A stretch of DNA of 64,000 nucleotides from Octopus sinensis. Lineage: Eukaryota. Below, piece after piece: positions 11,514-24,607 of this stretch (position 1 is the first letter of the stretch; the number at the start of each line of letters is the position of its first letter). The stretch spans positions 4,960,001-5,024,000 of the forward strand of contig NC_043023.1 in assembly GCF_006345805.1 (NCBI RefSeq), given 5' to 3'. The notes under the pieces are model-generated. The model had not been told where the DNA came from and did not search any database. It saw nothing but the letters and a program-made list of their open reading frames with translations. Both the position numbers and the translations under genes were made by a program.

Positions 11514-12020
11514 ATCATCATCATCGTTTAACGTCCGCTTTCCATGCTAGCATGGGTTGGACGGTTCAACTGGGGTCTGGCAAGCCCGAAGGCTGCACCA
11601 GGCCAGTCAGATCTGGCAGTGTTTCTACAGCTGGATGCCCTTCCTAACGCCAACCACTCCGAGAGTGTAGTGGGTGATTTTATGTGCCACCGACACAGGT
11701 GCCAGACGAGGCTGGCAGACGGCCACGCTTGGATGGTGTTTTTTATGTGCCACCGACACAGGTGCCAGACGAGGCTGGCAGACGGCCACACTCGGATGGT
11801 GTTTTCTTATGTGCCACCGACACAGGTGCCAGACGAAGCTGGCGAACGGCCACGCTCGGATGGTGTTTGTTACGTGCCCTCAGCACGGAGGCCAGTCGAT
11901 GCGGTACTGGCTACGGTCACGTTCGGATGGTTTTCTTATGTGCCACCGGCACTGGTACCACAAGGATACAAATTCCATTGATGTTCATCTATTTTGATTT
12001 GGTTTGATTTGATTTGATTT
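11514..12020 (-). mobile_element. RTE 3' UTR fragment with internal tandem units of about 62 bp
   Basis: Matches 51780-52187 in reverse. (CAT)n end. Confidence 0.85.
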
Positions 12021-12036
12021 ATATTTGTCATTGCAG

Positions 12037-12111
12037 GCGATTCGCTGGTTCAGGATCTATGCTCTCCTGTTTGAATCAATTACAGGGGTGAAACTGGACA
12101 GTGTTGAAGAA
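12037..12111 (+). CDS. NUF2: NUF2 coding exon 2 (AIRWFRIYALLFESITGVKLDSVEE)
   Basis: ttgcag| acceptor, |gtgagt donor, 75 nt, phase 0-0. Aligns by eye with the Nuf2 CH-domain segment IYMRALQIVYGIRLE. Confidence 0.85.
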
Positions 12112-12264
12112 GTGAGTATGGACACCAACTGGTTCCCTTTTCTCTCTCCTCCCTAATCCCTTCCTGTATTATAGTTAATTTTTCTGCACCCAACTCTCGG
12201 CATCACCTCTTAATCAACTATCTAACTCAGAGGCTCTCAAAATAAAGAAAATTTAGTTCTAGAG

Positions 12265-12443
12265 CAGTGGTTTTCAACCAGGGTTCTGCAAGAAGTTACA
12301 AAACTGCTAAAATCAGCAGTAATTTTTAAGTCTCCTGTGCAGATATGTGTGCATAGTACTATTATATTATTGCACAGGGGTTCCTCGAGCCAGTGGAATG
12401 TTTCCTTGGGGTTCCGCTCCAGCAAAAAGTTTGAAAAGCACTG
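12265..12443. mobile_element. hAT (Charlie-like) MITE
   Basis: CAGTGGTTTTCAA...TTGAAAAGCACTG termini, perfect 8-bp TSD TTCTAGAG. Confidence 0.85.
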
Positions 12444-12596
12444 TTCTAGAGAGTAAACTTGGAGATTTTTAGATTTGTGCATATTCTTTACAATCATAAT
12501 TTTAGGAATCTGAAATTGAGAAAAAAATAGGGAGTTGGCCTGTTTTCCTTTTTACCACTTTATTCTATACTTCTTGTGTTGTTAATGAAATGGCCT

Positions 12597-12917
12597 GAAG
12601 GCGTAGAGCGTTGGGCTCACAAGCATGAGGTAATGAGTTCAATTCCCAGGCCAGGCTGTGTGTTGTGTTCCTGAGTACACAATCATGTTACTCTAGTTCA
12701 CTCAGTTGTAAAAATGAATTACAACATCACTGGTGCCAAGCTGTATCGGCCCCTTTGCCTTTCCCTTGGATAACATCGGTGGAGTGAAAAGGGGAGACTG
12801 GTATGCATGGGTGACTGTTGGTCTTCTACAAACAACCATGCCGGACTTGTGCCTCAGAGAGTAACTTTCTAGGTCCAAACCTGTGGTCATTCACGACTGA
12901 AGGTGGTTTTTACCCTT
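12597..12917 (+). mobile_element. tRNA-derived SINE (family C)
   Basis: B box GAGTTCAATTCC. 15-bp TSD TTAATGAAAT(G/A)GCCT. Confidence 0.8.
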
Positions 12918-14447
12918 TTAATGAAATAGCCTAAGACTGTATTCTGTTCATTATTAGTCACAAACTGACCAAGATACTATCATGACTAAATGATATTTAT
13001 TTTTCAACATGGTCTCCCTAGCACTGCTTCTAATTTATTAATGAATTTCTTCTTATGTATCCATCATGATGACATTCCAGCTAATGGTTTTTACACTATT
13101 TGTAAATTGCCTTAATATATATATATTAATTATTAGTAAGTAATAGAAGCAATACTAATGGCAAAAGGTAATCTTTTATATCCAATTTAACATGGATACC
13201 TTGTTAAAACACCAAATGCTGTGTTATTAGCCTGGAGAGATCCTCTCATATTTGTGTTTGTTGCATAAAAGCACTCACATAGAATGTAGCAGAAGAAACT
13301 TGTCTGTAATGAGAACCAGATTTCTTGTGTCATGTGATTTCATTCTATTGGAATTCATCAGTGAGAGACACTAATCACTGAATGACAATCAAATCTCACT
13401 GCTACAATATGTAGTGGTTAAGTGTGTATGTAAACAAATACATAAACTGATTTATGATTGAAATTCATTTATTTAGTGTTAGTTTAGTGATTGGTCACTA
13501 CATACAAAATGCAGGCAACTGCTACGAGTTGCTTGAATAGAGTACATATTAGAAAGGAATACATTTGTGTGCGTGTTTCATTCGAAACTAGTCGATTGGC
13601 ACTTTGAGCATTTCTCTCTGTCTCTGTCGTCTGCCAAAAGCTTGGGTCGTAGATAAATCTATCTCATGTGTCTGCTCCCGTCTCTGCTGCCTCTCCTGTT
13701 TCAATTGGTTTTATAATATTTGTGGCAGCTAGAAAAACAGACATACTGCAGCAGAGTTAGTACCTAAGTAGGTCAGCGCTTATCCAGTTGAACTTGGCCT
13801 GACATGGCTGAGGTCGCAGGTCAAAGAGAGATGATCAATCAATTTTTGACAGAACAAAGCAAACCTTTTTCCGCACCTGTTGATCGTTGTGGTTTGGACG
13901 ACCGAGAATTCTTGGATTCGATTTCGAATCTAGGCTTAGAAGAGGAAGTGTTAATTCTTACAAATATATAGAGTTTCAGCAAATAGCCAGTTGGCCTCTC
14001 ATGTAGGCACTTGGTACTCAAAAGCATAAACATAGATTGTAGCAGACAAAATTTGTCCCTCGTGGTTACTGGAATTCCCATATCACATTCTATTGGAACT
14101 CATCAGTGGGAAGCACTGGTCACTGCATGGCAATTAAATCTCACTGCTACGATATAACACAAACAGCCAACAGGCTTATTTAAAATGAATTATTAGTGGC
14201 AGAAGCAATATTAATACCAAAAGGTAATCTTTATATCCAACTTAACGTGGATGCCTTGTTAAAACACCCAAACCATATAAAATAGGAATTGCAGCACCCA
14301 TGACAGACAAACTTTGCTATGATCTATGTGTGTGCTTTTGTGCATCAAGCATCTAATTGAGAGGATCTCACAAGGCTAATAATGCAGGATTAGGTGTTCT
14401 AACGAGATAACCATGTTTAATTGGACATAAAGATTACCTTATATATA

Positions 14448-14915
14448 ATCATCATTATCATCATCATTGCTTAATATCCATTTTCCATGCTGGCATGGGT
14501 TGGATGCTTTGACAGGAGCTGGCCAGCTGGGGACCTGTTTAGACTCCAACTGTCTGTTTTTGGCAGGGTTCTACAGCTGGATGCCCTTCCTAATACCAAC
14601 CACTTTACAGAGTGTGCTGGGTGCTTTTTATGTGTCACCAGCATTGTGCCTTTTCTACGGCACTGGCACTTGTAAAGGACAAGCCTAAATGTGTAGAAGA
14701 CAGTGATTTTACTTGGCTTGACACCTCTTCTCAAGTACAGCAAATCACAACTCCCAGTCCTTTGTCATTTCCTCAGTGAGGCCCAGCATCTGAAGATCCT
14801 TTCTCACCACTTCATCCCACGTCTTCCTGTGTCTACCCCATCCACAGGCTCCCTCCGCAGGAGCTCAGCACTTCTTTATACAGTTGTCCTCCTCCGTACG
14901 CATCACATAACCAAA
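14448..14915 (-). mobile_element. Diverged RTE 3' end
   Basis: (CAT)n end, CAGCTGGATGCCCTTCCTAA core, KTWDEVVRKDL remnant. Confidence 0.7.
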
Positions 14916-14995
14916 CCAGCACAGTCTTCTCTCTTGTACCTAGTTTTCTTCTTAAATCACTTACCCTCTGCCATGTCCTTTCTTTCCTCCTGCAG

Positions 14996-15087
14996 AAAGC
15001 CCTCCTCACTTTCAATAAAATCATAGATGTTGAACACCCTGAAATATATGATGAAGCTGGTCGTGTCATTTGGTTCACCATTGCTTT
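14996..15087 (+). CDS. NUF2: NUF2 coding exon 3 (KALLTFNKIIDVEHPEIYDEAGRVIWFTIAL)
   Basis: ctgcag| acceptor, |gtaagt donor, phase 0-2. Supplies exactly the phase the next exon needs. Confidence 0.85.
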
Positions 15088-15332
15088 GTAAGTATTGTTT
15101 CATTGGTTGTTTTGTTGTAGTTTCTTCATTATGTCCATCCTGGTGCTGCTTAATGTCAAAGCCATCATTATCTGGTCCCTGCAACTCCCTTTATAGAGTC
15201 CTTCCACTATAGTCCCAGGCTGACCAAAGACTTCTGAGTGGGCTTGGCAGAGAGAAACTAAAAGAAGCCTGCTTATATATATATATATATATATATAGAT
15301 AGATAGATAGATAGATATATATATATATATAT

Positions 15333-15729
15333 CAGGAGTGGATGTGTGGTAAATAGCTTGCTTACCAACCACATGGTTCCAGGTTCATTCCCACAGTGTG
15401 GCACCTTCCACTATAGCCTCGGACCAACCAAAGCCTTGTGAGTGGATTTAGTAGATGGAAACTGAAAGAAGCCCATTGTATATATGTATATGTATATATA
15501 TATATATGTATGTGTGTGTCTGTGTTTGTCCCCCCAACATCGCTTGACAACTGATGCTGTTGTGTTTACGTCCCCGTAACTTAGCAGTTTGGCAAAAGAG
15601 ACCGATAGAATAAGTACTAGGCTTACAAAGAATAAGTCCTGGGGTTGATTTGCTCGACTAAAGGTGATGCTCCAGCATGGCTGAAACAAGTAGTCAAATG
15701 ACTGAAACAAGTAAAAGAGAATAAAAGAG
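15333..15729 (+). mobile_element. SINE family A
   Basis: Near full-length copy. Confidence 0.85.
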
Positions 15730-15756
15730 TATATATATATATATATAAATTTTTTT

Positions 15757-15791
<35 letters not shown>

Positions 15792-16037
15792 ATAAAATAT
15801 ATACATGGAAAACGGACGCTAAATGATGATGATAATGATGAATATTAGATATGTACGTATATACACAAGGGTACAACATGAGTACCTATATCACTAATTA
15901 TAGAAGTCAAGAAATACTTCTGTACCACCGCAAAGTTACAAATCTATTACAGACAAGATAGGAAAAAATATCAGTGAACAATAATAATGTCTTACTTCAA
16001 ATGGGTCAGAACAAGTAAATGCTGGTCAACTCGGTAC

Positions 16038-16710
16038 ATCATCATCATCATCATCATCGTTTAACGTCCATTCTCCATGCTAGCATGGGTTGGACGGTTT
16101 GACCGGGGATCTGGGAAGCCAGGAGGCTGCACCAGGCTCCAGTCTGATCTGGCAGTCTTTCTACAGTTGGATGCCCTTCCTAACGCCAACCACTCCGAGA
16201 GTGTAGTGGGTGCTTTTCTATGCCATCGGCACAGGTGCCAGGCGAGGCTGGCAACGGCCACGATCGGATTGGTGCTTTATACGTGCCACCGGCATGGAAG
16301 CCAGTCTAGGCGGCGCTGGCATCGGCCACGTTTGGATGGTGCTTTATACGTGCCACCGGCACGGAATCCAGTCTAGGTGGCGCTGGCATCGGCCACGTTC
16401 GGATGGTGCTTTATACGTGCCACCGGCATGGAAGCCAGTCTAGGCGGCGCTGGCATCGGCCACGTTCGGATGGTGCTTTATATGTGCCACCTGCACAGGT
16501 TTCACAACTGCAGTTTCCATTGATCTTTGATGTTGGTGTACTTGGACTCGATGGATCTCCTCAAGCACAGGGTCGAAATGGTGTTTCTTTACTTGCCACC
16601 TGCACAGGAGTCAGTCCAGCGGCCCTGGCAACTGGCAGGTGCCAGTCATAGGATTGGTTCGCCTCAACAGGTCTTAGTGTGTCCAAGGAAGGAAAGGCAT
16701 GCATAAGTGG
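16038..16710 (-). mobile_element. RTE 3' UTR fragment with units of about 67 bp
   Basis: As above. Confidence 0.85.
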
Positions 16711-16974
16711 TACTGGTTTCGAAATTTAGCGCAACCTAGACACGTGATTTCTCATCAACCAAAGTCCGCCAGCTAAATAACTACAAACATTCTCCCCCAT
16801 CATGCCTGCGAAAGTTCGCTTGAAGTGACCAAGCACCGTACGAACAAATGAAATGCGTAAATTCATTTATTTATAAATATAGGGATGGTATTATTAAAAT
16901 ACCATCACTATAATTAGCGATATAGGTACTCATGTAGTACCCTTGCATATATATGTACATATCTAATATTGTAT

Positions 16975-17221
16975 GGTGACATGTAAAAAGCACTATCCGA
17001 TCGTGGCCGTTTGCCAGCCTCGTCTGGCACCTGTGCAGGTGGCACGTAAAAAGCACCCACTACACTCACGGAGTGGTTGGCGTTAGGAAGGGCATCCAGC
17101 TGTAGAAACACTGCTAGATCAGATTGGGCCTGGCACAGCCTTCTGGCTTTCCAGACCCCAGTTGAACCATCCAACCCATGCTAGCATGGATAATGGACGT
17201 TAAACGATGATGATGATGATG
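16975..17221 (+). mobile_element. RTE 3' UTR fragment
   Basis: Ends GGACGTTAAAC(GAT)n. Confidence 0.85.
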
Positions 17222-17359
17222 AATAAGTACTGGGCTTACAAAGAATAAGTCCCGGGGTCGATTTGCTCGACTAAAGGCGGTGCTCCAGTATGGCCACAGT
17301 CAAAATGACTGAAGCAAAAGAAAAGAAAGTAAAAGAAATATATATTGTAAGTAGGCATT

Positions 17360-18090
17360 AAAAATTGGTAATAAAATCGAAATTCCTTTTCCAAATTTCT
17401 TGAAACCAAGGGTACATGTTCTTTCTTACATGGGAAAATGAAAGTAAATCTTCATATTTCAACATAAGCACCTCAAATGGCCCCAGGGATGGAATGAACG
17501 ACCTTCTGAAGGACATCGTCTGGGATATCATTGAGAACTTCCTGAATCCGTGTCTCCAAGTCCTCAAGTGTGCGAGGTTCTGTCCTGTACACCTCCTCTT
17601 TTGTGTAACCCCACAGGTAAAAATCACATGGAGTGAGATCTGGACTTCTGAGGTCACAGTCTTCACAGTCTGCATGCAATGGACTTTCCATGGACAAAGA
17701 TTCAATTCTTTATGCAACACCATATGTATTGTATGTCTTGTTAGTCCCCTTCCACGAGATGCTTGACATGTTGATTTTTGAAGGATGTCATTAAACATTT
17801 CCTGCACTCTTGCCACGTTCTCCGCTGATCAGGATGTGGTTGGATGGCTACTTCTTCTTGCATCATTCACAGAGCCTGTGGTCATCAGCTTTGCTTGGCA
17901 ACTTTTTATTGCCTCCAGATGTAGTGTTGCATGCTTGCCTTTCCATGCACGTCACCATCTCTGTTCATTTGGTAGGCCCACTTGTAGGGTGTTGGTAGAT
18001 ATAATTGTAGCTATACTATTCTGCAAGACTAGCCTGAGCTTAAGTACTCTATCACACACTCTGACTACCTCTAGGACAGTAAAAATTGTC
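17360..18090 (-). mobile_element. Tc1/mariner-superfamily transposase remnant
   Basis: RSPDLTPCDFYLWGYTKEEVYRTEPRTLEDLETRI. Confidence 0.8.
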
Positions 18091-18207
18091 TGGAGTATAT
18101 ATTATTATTAATAATAAAGAGTATGGAGACTTGTTCATGTAGCATATTGATGATTATATATATGATGATTATATATATATATGATTATATATATATATAT
18201 ACTCTCT

Positions 18208-18426
18208 CTCTTTTACTCTTTTACTTGTTTCAGTCATTTGACTGCGGCCATGCTGGAGCACCGCCTTTAGTCGAGCAAATCGACCCCGGGACTTATTCTT
18301 TGTAAGCCCAGTACTTATTCTATCGGTCTCTTTTGCCGAACCGCTAAGTGACGGGGACGTAAACACACCAGCATCGGTTGTCAAGCAATACTAGGGGGAC
18401 AAACACAGACACACACACACACATAT

Positions 18427-18473
<47 letters not shown>

Positions 18474-18638
18474 TACGACAGGCTTCTTTCAGTTTCCGTC
18501 TACCAAATCCACTCACAAGGCATTGGTCGGCCCGGGGCTATAGCAGAAGACACTTGCCCAAGATGCCACGCAGTGGAACTGAACCCGGAACCATGTGGTT
18601 GGTTAGCAAGCTACTTACCACACAGCCACTCCTGCGCC
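18208..18638 (-). mobile_element. SINE family A
   Basis: Full-length reverse copy. Confidence 0.88.
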
Positions 18639-19030
18639 TATATATGATTATATATATATATGATTAGATATATATATATATATATATATATTTAATCATC
18701 ATCATTGTTTAATGGTCATCTTCCGTGTCTTCCATGCTAGCATGAGTTGGATGGTTTGACAAGCGTTGGCTGACCAGTGGTCTTCAACAAGCTTCACTGT
18801 CTGCTCTGGCCTGGTTTCTATGGCTGGATTCCCTTCCTAAGACCAACTACTTTACAGAGTGGTTTTTTTATGTGGCACCAGCACTGGTGAGGTCTGTTTT
18901 GGCATGGTTTTGACAGCCGAATGCCCTTCAAAACGTTGACCACTGTTAGACCCAATGCGTACACATAGCAGAGTTCCTTATATACAAGGTGTATGATGGA
19001 AGTTAATTCTGTTGTATTTTTATTCCACAG

Positions 19031-19092
19031 ACAGAGGGCTTTCATTGCCTGTGGTGTCCATGATTTCACTTTCAAAGACGTTAGGGATCCAC
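19031..19092 (+). CDS. NUF2: NUF2 coding exon 4 (QRAFIACGVHDFTFKDVRDP)
   Basis: ccacag| and |gtaagt, 62 nt, phase 2-1. Matches the conserved Nuf2 motif C-x-V-x-D-F-x-x-x-D-[IL]-x-x-P. Confidence 0.92.
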
Positions 19093-19403
19093 GTAAGTAA
19101 GTGGGGGATTCACATCTGATCCCCTTTTTTTTTCGTCTCTATCTTCTACATGTGTCTGTCTGTTTGTCTGGTCTGTCATTTGTATTACTACATCAGAATT
19201 TATGTAACAATGTGTTTGAGGGAGCATCTTTTACCGATTTCAGCTCATTGGATTGTAATTATCTTAGAGTACCACCACCTTCAGGAGGGGTTTTAATCTA
19301 TTGTATAGCAACAGCACCCTTCTCCGCCTCCATCCAGTATTCATTCCAGTCTGTTTCCATTGAGGGACATAAAAAGGGCACAATCAACATGCAGGAAAAA
19401 TGA

Positions 19404-19442
<39 letters not shown>

Positions 19443-19529
19443 TGTATATTAGAAGGTTTGGAGATGATGTACAGGTATTATATATTAGAAGAAATAAGGT
19501 ACATGTGTATATTTTGTTTGTCACTGTTA

Positions 19530-19855
19530 TTTATAACAACCCTAACCCTAACACCTTAAAATCAGTACAAACAATGTCGTAAATAACAGTGACAAACAAA
19601 AAATACACTGCCAATAGTTGTTGTTCACAAACAACAGCAGTAATTTTATTCAGCTGAATACACGTCATTGATTGGTTGAAATTACCGAAATACGACAACT
19701 TTAACAAGAAATAACTTTGTAAATATAAGCTTTTCTCAAAAATGTTAAGAGTAAAAGATGTTTTATATGACACATTCTACCAGTGTCCCAAGTTTGAAAG
19801 TGATTAGTTACAAAAAATTATGTTTTAAATCTGTCGGTCAAAAGGTAAAGATCCC
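19530..19855 (-). mobile_element. Non-autonomous DNA element, GGATCTTT(A/T)CCTTTT family
   Basis: Same terminus seen at 450, 2541 and 56129. Confidence 0.6.
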
Positions 19856-20114
19856 ACTGTAATAGCTTCACCAGAGCTTCAAGCAAGCGCTCAGTTATGA
19901 GTGCATTGCATCTTACAGCAGAAACATAATTGTCTATTCCTTTGTCACTCCAATATTTCTTATTACTGCTCTATACTCAACCGATGCTTTGTTCTGAAGA
20001 ATTTGTAGATTGAGTTCTAACATCAGGTTGTTAGTATTGCAATGCCTAAGTAAACTGACAATAATGTGTATATGTACAGAGTCCAAACACACGGATATGA
20101 TTTTCTTTTACTAG

Positions 20115-20212
20115 GTCCCAAAAGGCTTATTGTGATCAGCAGTGCATGTATCAACCTCCTCCGATTCAAATCAAGCCGTGAACCCCTCATTCAAGAAATT
20201 CTGGAGAACATA
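20115..20212 (+). CDS. NUF2: NUF2 coding exon 5 (RPKRLIVISSACINLLRFKSSREPLIQEILENI)
   Basis: actag| and |gtaagt, 98 nt, phase 1-0. Matches Nuf2 KRT..FLS..INF..F...R. Confidence 0.92.
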
Positions 20213-20537
20213 GTAAGTGTTGATGGATGGTTGATGTATTCTTGTTGTATGTTGTTGTTGTTGTTGTGACACATTATCTAATGTATACCAGAGTAGTTTG
20301 TATTAGTGTCTAGAGTTGCAGTTGCTAAGTCTTGATTCAACAGACCTGTGATCAAAGATGTTCCAGTTGTGACCATCCTGACATTTATTCAGACATAGTG
20401 GAAGCAAACAAACACGTGCATGCACACACACACACACACACGCACACACACACACACACACACACACCAAGCTTCTTTCAGTTTCCATCTATAAAGTTTC
20501 GATTGACCAAAGATGCTGCATAATGATATACTCTCTC

Positions 20538-20907
20538 TCTCTTTTACTCTTTTACTTGTTTCAGTCATTTGACTGCGGCCATGCTGGAGCACCGCCTTTA
20601 GTCGAGCAAATCGACCCCAAGACTTATTCTTTGTAAGCCCAGTACTTATTCTATTGGTCTCTTTTGCCGAACTGCTAAGTGACGGGGATGTAAACACACC
20701 AGCATCGGTTGTCAAGCAATGCTAGGGACACACACATATATATACGACAGGCTTCTTTCAGTTTCCGTCTACCAAATCCACTCACAAGGCTTTGGTCAGC
20801 CCGGGGCTATAGAAGAAGACACTTACCCAAGATGCCACGCAGTGGGACTGAACCCGGAACCATGTGGTTGGTTAGCAAGCTACATACCACACAGCCACTC
20901 CTGCGCC
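20538..20907 (-). mobile_element. SINE family A
   Basis: Full-length reverse copy. Confidence 0.88.
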
Positions 20908-20925
20908 TATATATATATAATGTGG

Positions 20926-21240
20926 GTGTGTGGAGGCACAATGACCCAGTGGTTAGGGTAGTGAACTTGCAGTCGGAGGATCGCAGTATCGATTCCCAGA
21001 CCGGACATTGTGTGTGTTTATTGAGCGAAAACACCAAAAGCTCCACGAGGCTCCGGCAGGGGGTGGTGGCCACCCCTGTTGTACTCTTTCGCCCCAACTT
21101 TCTCTCGCTCACACTTCCTGTTTCTTGAGTGATGTTGCGATGGACTGGCGTCCCGTCCAGCTGGGGGGAACACATACGCCACAGAAACCGGGAAACCAGG
21201 CCCATGAACCTGGCTAGACTTGGAAAGGGCGCATAAAAAT
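20926..21240 (+). mobile_element. tRNA-derived SINE (family D)
   Basis: tRNA-like head CCCAGTGGTTAGGG...TATCGATTCCC. Related reverse copy at 46138-46452. Confidence 0.7.
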
Positions 21241-21825
21241 ATATGTATATATATATATCATTATGTCATATATATTACTTTTTATAAAATATAAAATAAA
21301 TTATTTATACATGTTTATCTGTAGGCATAGTTGTGGCTGTTATGGTAAGAAGCTTCCTTTCCAACCACATGGTTCTGGGTTCTGTCCCACTGTGTGGCAC
21401 CCTGGGCAAGAGTCATGTACTATAGTCTTAGGCCAGTCTTGTGAGTGTATTTAGTAGACAGAAACTGAAAGAAGCCTGTCACATACATACATACATACAT
21501 ACATTCACACATACATTTACACATACATACATACACACACAAATACATTCACACATACATACACACACAAATACATTCACACATACATACACACACACAC
21601 ACGCACAATTGAAACATGTAAAAGATAAAAGATATCCACAAATGTATTAAATATGAAAATTTTTCTTTTTAGAAAGGGTCCAAAGCCTGTGGACAACACT
21701 TCAAAGGCACCTGTTGCCATCCCATGTTTTAGATGGTAGGATGGTCACTGCTGGACCCATCTGGATTGACCTAGGGTTAAACAATATTATCATTCACTAC
21801 ATTGTTGCCTCTTTCTCTCCAAAAG

Positions 21826-21936
21826 GAAACCAAGAAGATGCAATACAATGAATTGATCAAGAATAATGAAGAATGTAGGAGAAAACTGGAAATTGCCCGT
21901 CAGATACAAGAAAAGAAGGAACCGGAAAAGGAATCT
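21826..21936 (+). CDS. NUF2: NUF2 coding exon 6, start of coiled coil (ETKKMQYNELIKNNEECRRKLE...)
   Basis: ccaaaag| acceptor, |gttagt donor, 111 nt, phase 0-0, heptad character. Confidence 0.8.
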
Positions 21937-21982
21937 GTTAGTTCTCTTCTATTATTTCTGTGTGTGTGTGTGTGTGTGTGTG

Positions 21983-23012
21983 TGAGGGGGTATCGAAAGG
22001 TTCCTAGACTAGTTATGTTTAAAAAAAAAATAACTTATTTATTTAAGTTTTATCATCATCTTCTTCAAAATAGTCCCTTTGTGCCACAATGCTTCAGTCC
22101 TGGCATTTCTGCCACTTGGAATCAGGCTGAAAGTAGGTTCCTGAATGTAAAGTTAAAGAAAATAAGAGAAAAAAAGTCACTATTTTATCCAACACTAACA
22201 ATTCCGTTAGGTTGCCGCCTTTGCCTCTTTTTTTCTAGTAACCCTTTCCATTATCGCCAAGTGAGTTGTGAGTTGAGGATCTTCTGCGATTCACTTATGA
22301 TCTCGACAACAGTGTTAAAACGGTGACCTTTGAACCGCATATTCATCATGGGGAAGAGATGGAAGTCTGTGGGTGCTGTATCTGGTGAATAGGGTGGGTG
22401 TGGAAGCAATACTATGTTTTTTTTTGACAAGAAACTCACGAGTGAGGAAAGCTCAAGTGATGGTGCTTTGTCATAATGAAGAATCCAATTCTTTGTCCTC
22501 CACAGATCTGATTGCTTTCATTGAATGTCCTCCCTCAAACGCTTCAAAACATCACCGTAGAACTCTGGATTGATGATCTGGCCGGGGGGGGGGGGGGCGA
22601 ATTCTCAATACACAATACCACATTTCCAAGGGTGACGTTTGTAGCAGGTTTTCCAGATCGCTCATTCTTCTACTTTTGAAGCACCCATGCCACTTGAAAC
22701 ATTGCATGCGACCCATTGCCTTGTCACCATAAGCTGGTTGAAACCGTATCGATGCCTCTGTAGAAGACTTCCCAAGTTTAACAGAAAATTTCATGCTGGC
22801 TCTTTGTTCCTGTCCATAACAAAATTGCAGATTACAGCATTCATGTGATAACAAAAACACAAATTTCACAACTTGTGAAATAAACACAGTGATGTCACTT
22901 GGCACACTGCCCCATGAAGGTCACTGTTAGTTCTCACTGAACATGCAACCGTGTACTGTCATCTGTTGGAACGCTACAGAACTAGACCGGGAGGTTTTTG
23001 ATGCCACCTCCT
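21983..23012 (-). mobile_element. mariner element remnant with degenerate TIRs
   Basis: EQRASMKFSVKLGKS (HTH) and LPHPPYSPDTAPTDFHLFP. Imperfect inverted ends. Confidence 0.82.
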
Positions 23013-23057
23013 ATCTGTCTGATTGCCTCTGTATACCAATATATGTTTATCTCTCCA

Positions 23058-23412
23058 TAAAGCACCATCCGAACGTGGCCGATGCTAGTGCCGCCTTAAC
23101 TGGCCCATGTGCCGGTGGCACATAAAAAGCACCATCCGAATGTGGCCGATGCCAGCGCTGCCTTGACTGGCTTTTGTGCCGGTGGCACGTAAAAAGCACC
23201 AACCGATCGTGGCCGGTACCAGACTCCTCTGGCACGTAAAAAGCACCCACTACGCTCAAGGAGTGGTTGGCATTAGGAAGGGCATCCAGCTGTAGAAACA
23301 CTGCCAGATCAGACTGGAGCCTCGTGCAGCCTTCTGGCTTCCCAGACCCTGGTCGAACCGTTCAACCCATGCTAGCATGGAAAGCGGACGTTAAACGATG
23401 ATGATGATGATG
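23058..23412 (+). mobile_element. RTE 3' UTR fragment
   Basis: Ends GGACGTTAAAC(GAT)n. Confidence 0.85.
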
Positions 23413-24321
23413 AAATATCTGCGTGCCTGTCTATTAAAATCATTATCAGCATCTGGTGAGGCAGATAAGGGTAGTTAAGCTGAGATTAATCTTAAATAAA
23501 TCAAGTTAAACCTACCTCTGTCTATGCTCCATCGTCTCGGCTGGCTGATGATAAGAAGGACCGATTTTATGAAATCCTTTTGCTGAGATACCTCAGCAAT
23601 GACCGAGACTTGATGAGCTCAATGGACATGTTGGGCAGCATTTCTGTGGGTATTATGGTATGCATGAAAGTTACAGATTTGACTCTAGAAATGAGGTAGG
23701 AACAAGGGGACTGCAGTTCTGTGCTTCAAACGATTTAATGACCTGCAAACACTAACTTCAGGGAACCAGCCAGCCCCCTGATCACCTATCAGTGTGGCAG
23801 GCCCTTAAGCAAGATGAATTACATCCTCATCAGACAACAAGAAAGACAGATGCTTGTAAATTGGTCTTTGCCAGGTGAAGAATGGGTGGCAAGAGAGGGA
23901 GGAAGGGCAGTAGCCTCTCTAAAGCCTGGAAAAGGGTTGAAGGGAAAAGAATGCATGAGCTGGGGCGGGGGGCACAGGGACACTAACAGTAGGATAGTAA
24001 TGATGCTGTTGGCAGCGGGGAGAAGGGAGATGGTGTGTTTGGGTAGGCTTAGGGTAGTGAGGAGAAGAGAGAGATGATGGAGGAAGGAGATAAATGACAG
24101 GTGTAATACATGAGGAGAAATAATTTGGTGATCTGGGCATGGGACGTGGGGTGGGGGGGCACCGTAACATGTGGGTATGGAGAATGGTATTAATGGTGAT
24201 GAATGAGAAGCAAGTTAGATGCTTTATCTTGTATCTGAGTAGTTAATCTGTCTAGCAAACTCAGCCTCTTCATCCTCTTATCCTCATGGATGCAAAGGAT
24301 GCCAGGACTGTTGATGCTCTT

Positions 24322-24429
24322 CTTTCTTCTTCCAATTCTTCTTCTTCTTCCAATTCTTCTTCTTCTTCTTCTTCTTCTTCTTCTTCCAATTCTTCTTCTT
24401 CTTCTTCCAATTCTTCTTCTTCTTCTCCC

Positions 24430-24462
<33 letters not shown>
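24322..24462. repeat. (CTT)n then (ATT)n microsatellite just upstream of NUF2 exon 7
   Basis: Direct. Confidence 0.92.
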
Positions 24463-24487
24463 GGTAATTTTTCTCTTTGGGCATTAG

Positions 24488-24607
24488 TTGATGAAGGATT
24501 CAGAGGAAATGAAAGAGAAACTAAGTGCGATCCAGGCAGAGAGCGAGGAAATATTGGCTGCTATAGCAGAACGAAAGGCCAAGATTGCGGAAATCAGAGC
24601 CTTGAAG
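24488..24607 (+). CDS. NUF2: NUF2 coding exon 7 (LMKDSEEMKEKLSAIQAE...EIRALK)
   Basis: cattag| and AAG|gtaaga, 120 nt, phase 0-0, coiled coil. Confidence 0.85.

Noticed and set aside
11680-11960. CRISPR-like regularly spaced repeats (also 16200-16500 and 37520-37790)
   Set aside because: Whole units are repeated with no unique spacers, they lie in a LINE 3' UTR, and there are no cas genes in this eukaryotic context.
19533-19555. Telomere-like TAACCC repeats (also near 56375)
   Set aside because: Only 2-3 units, internal to a dispersed DNA element.
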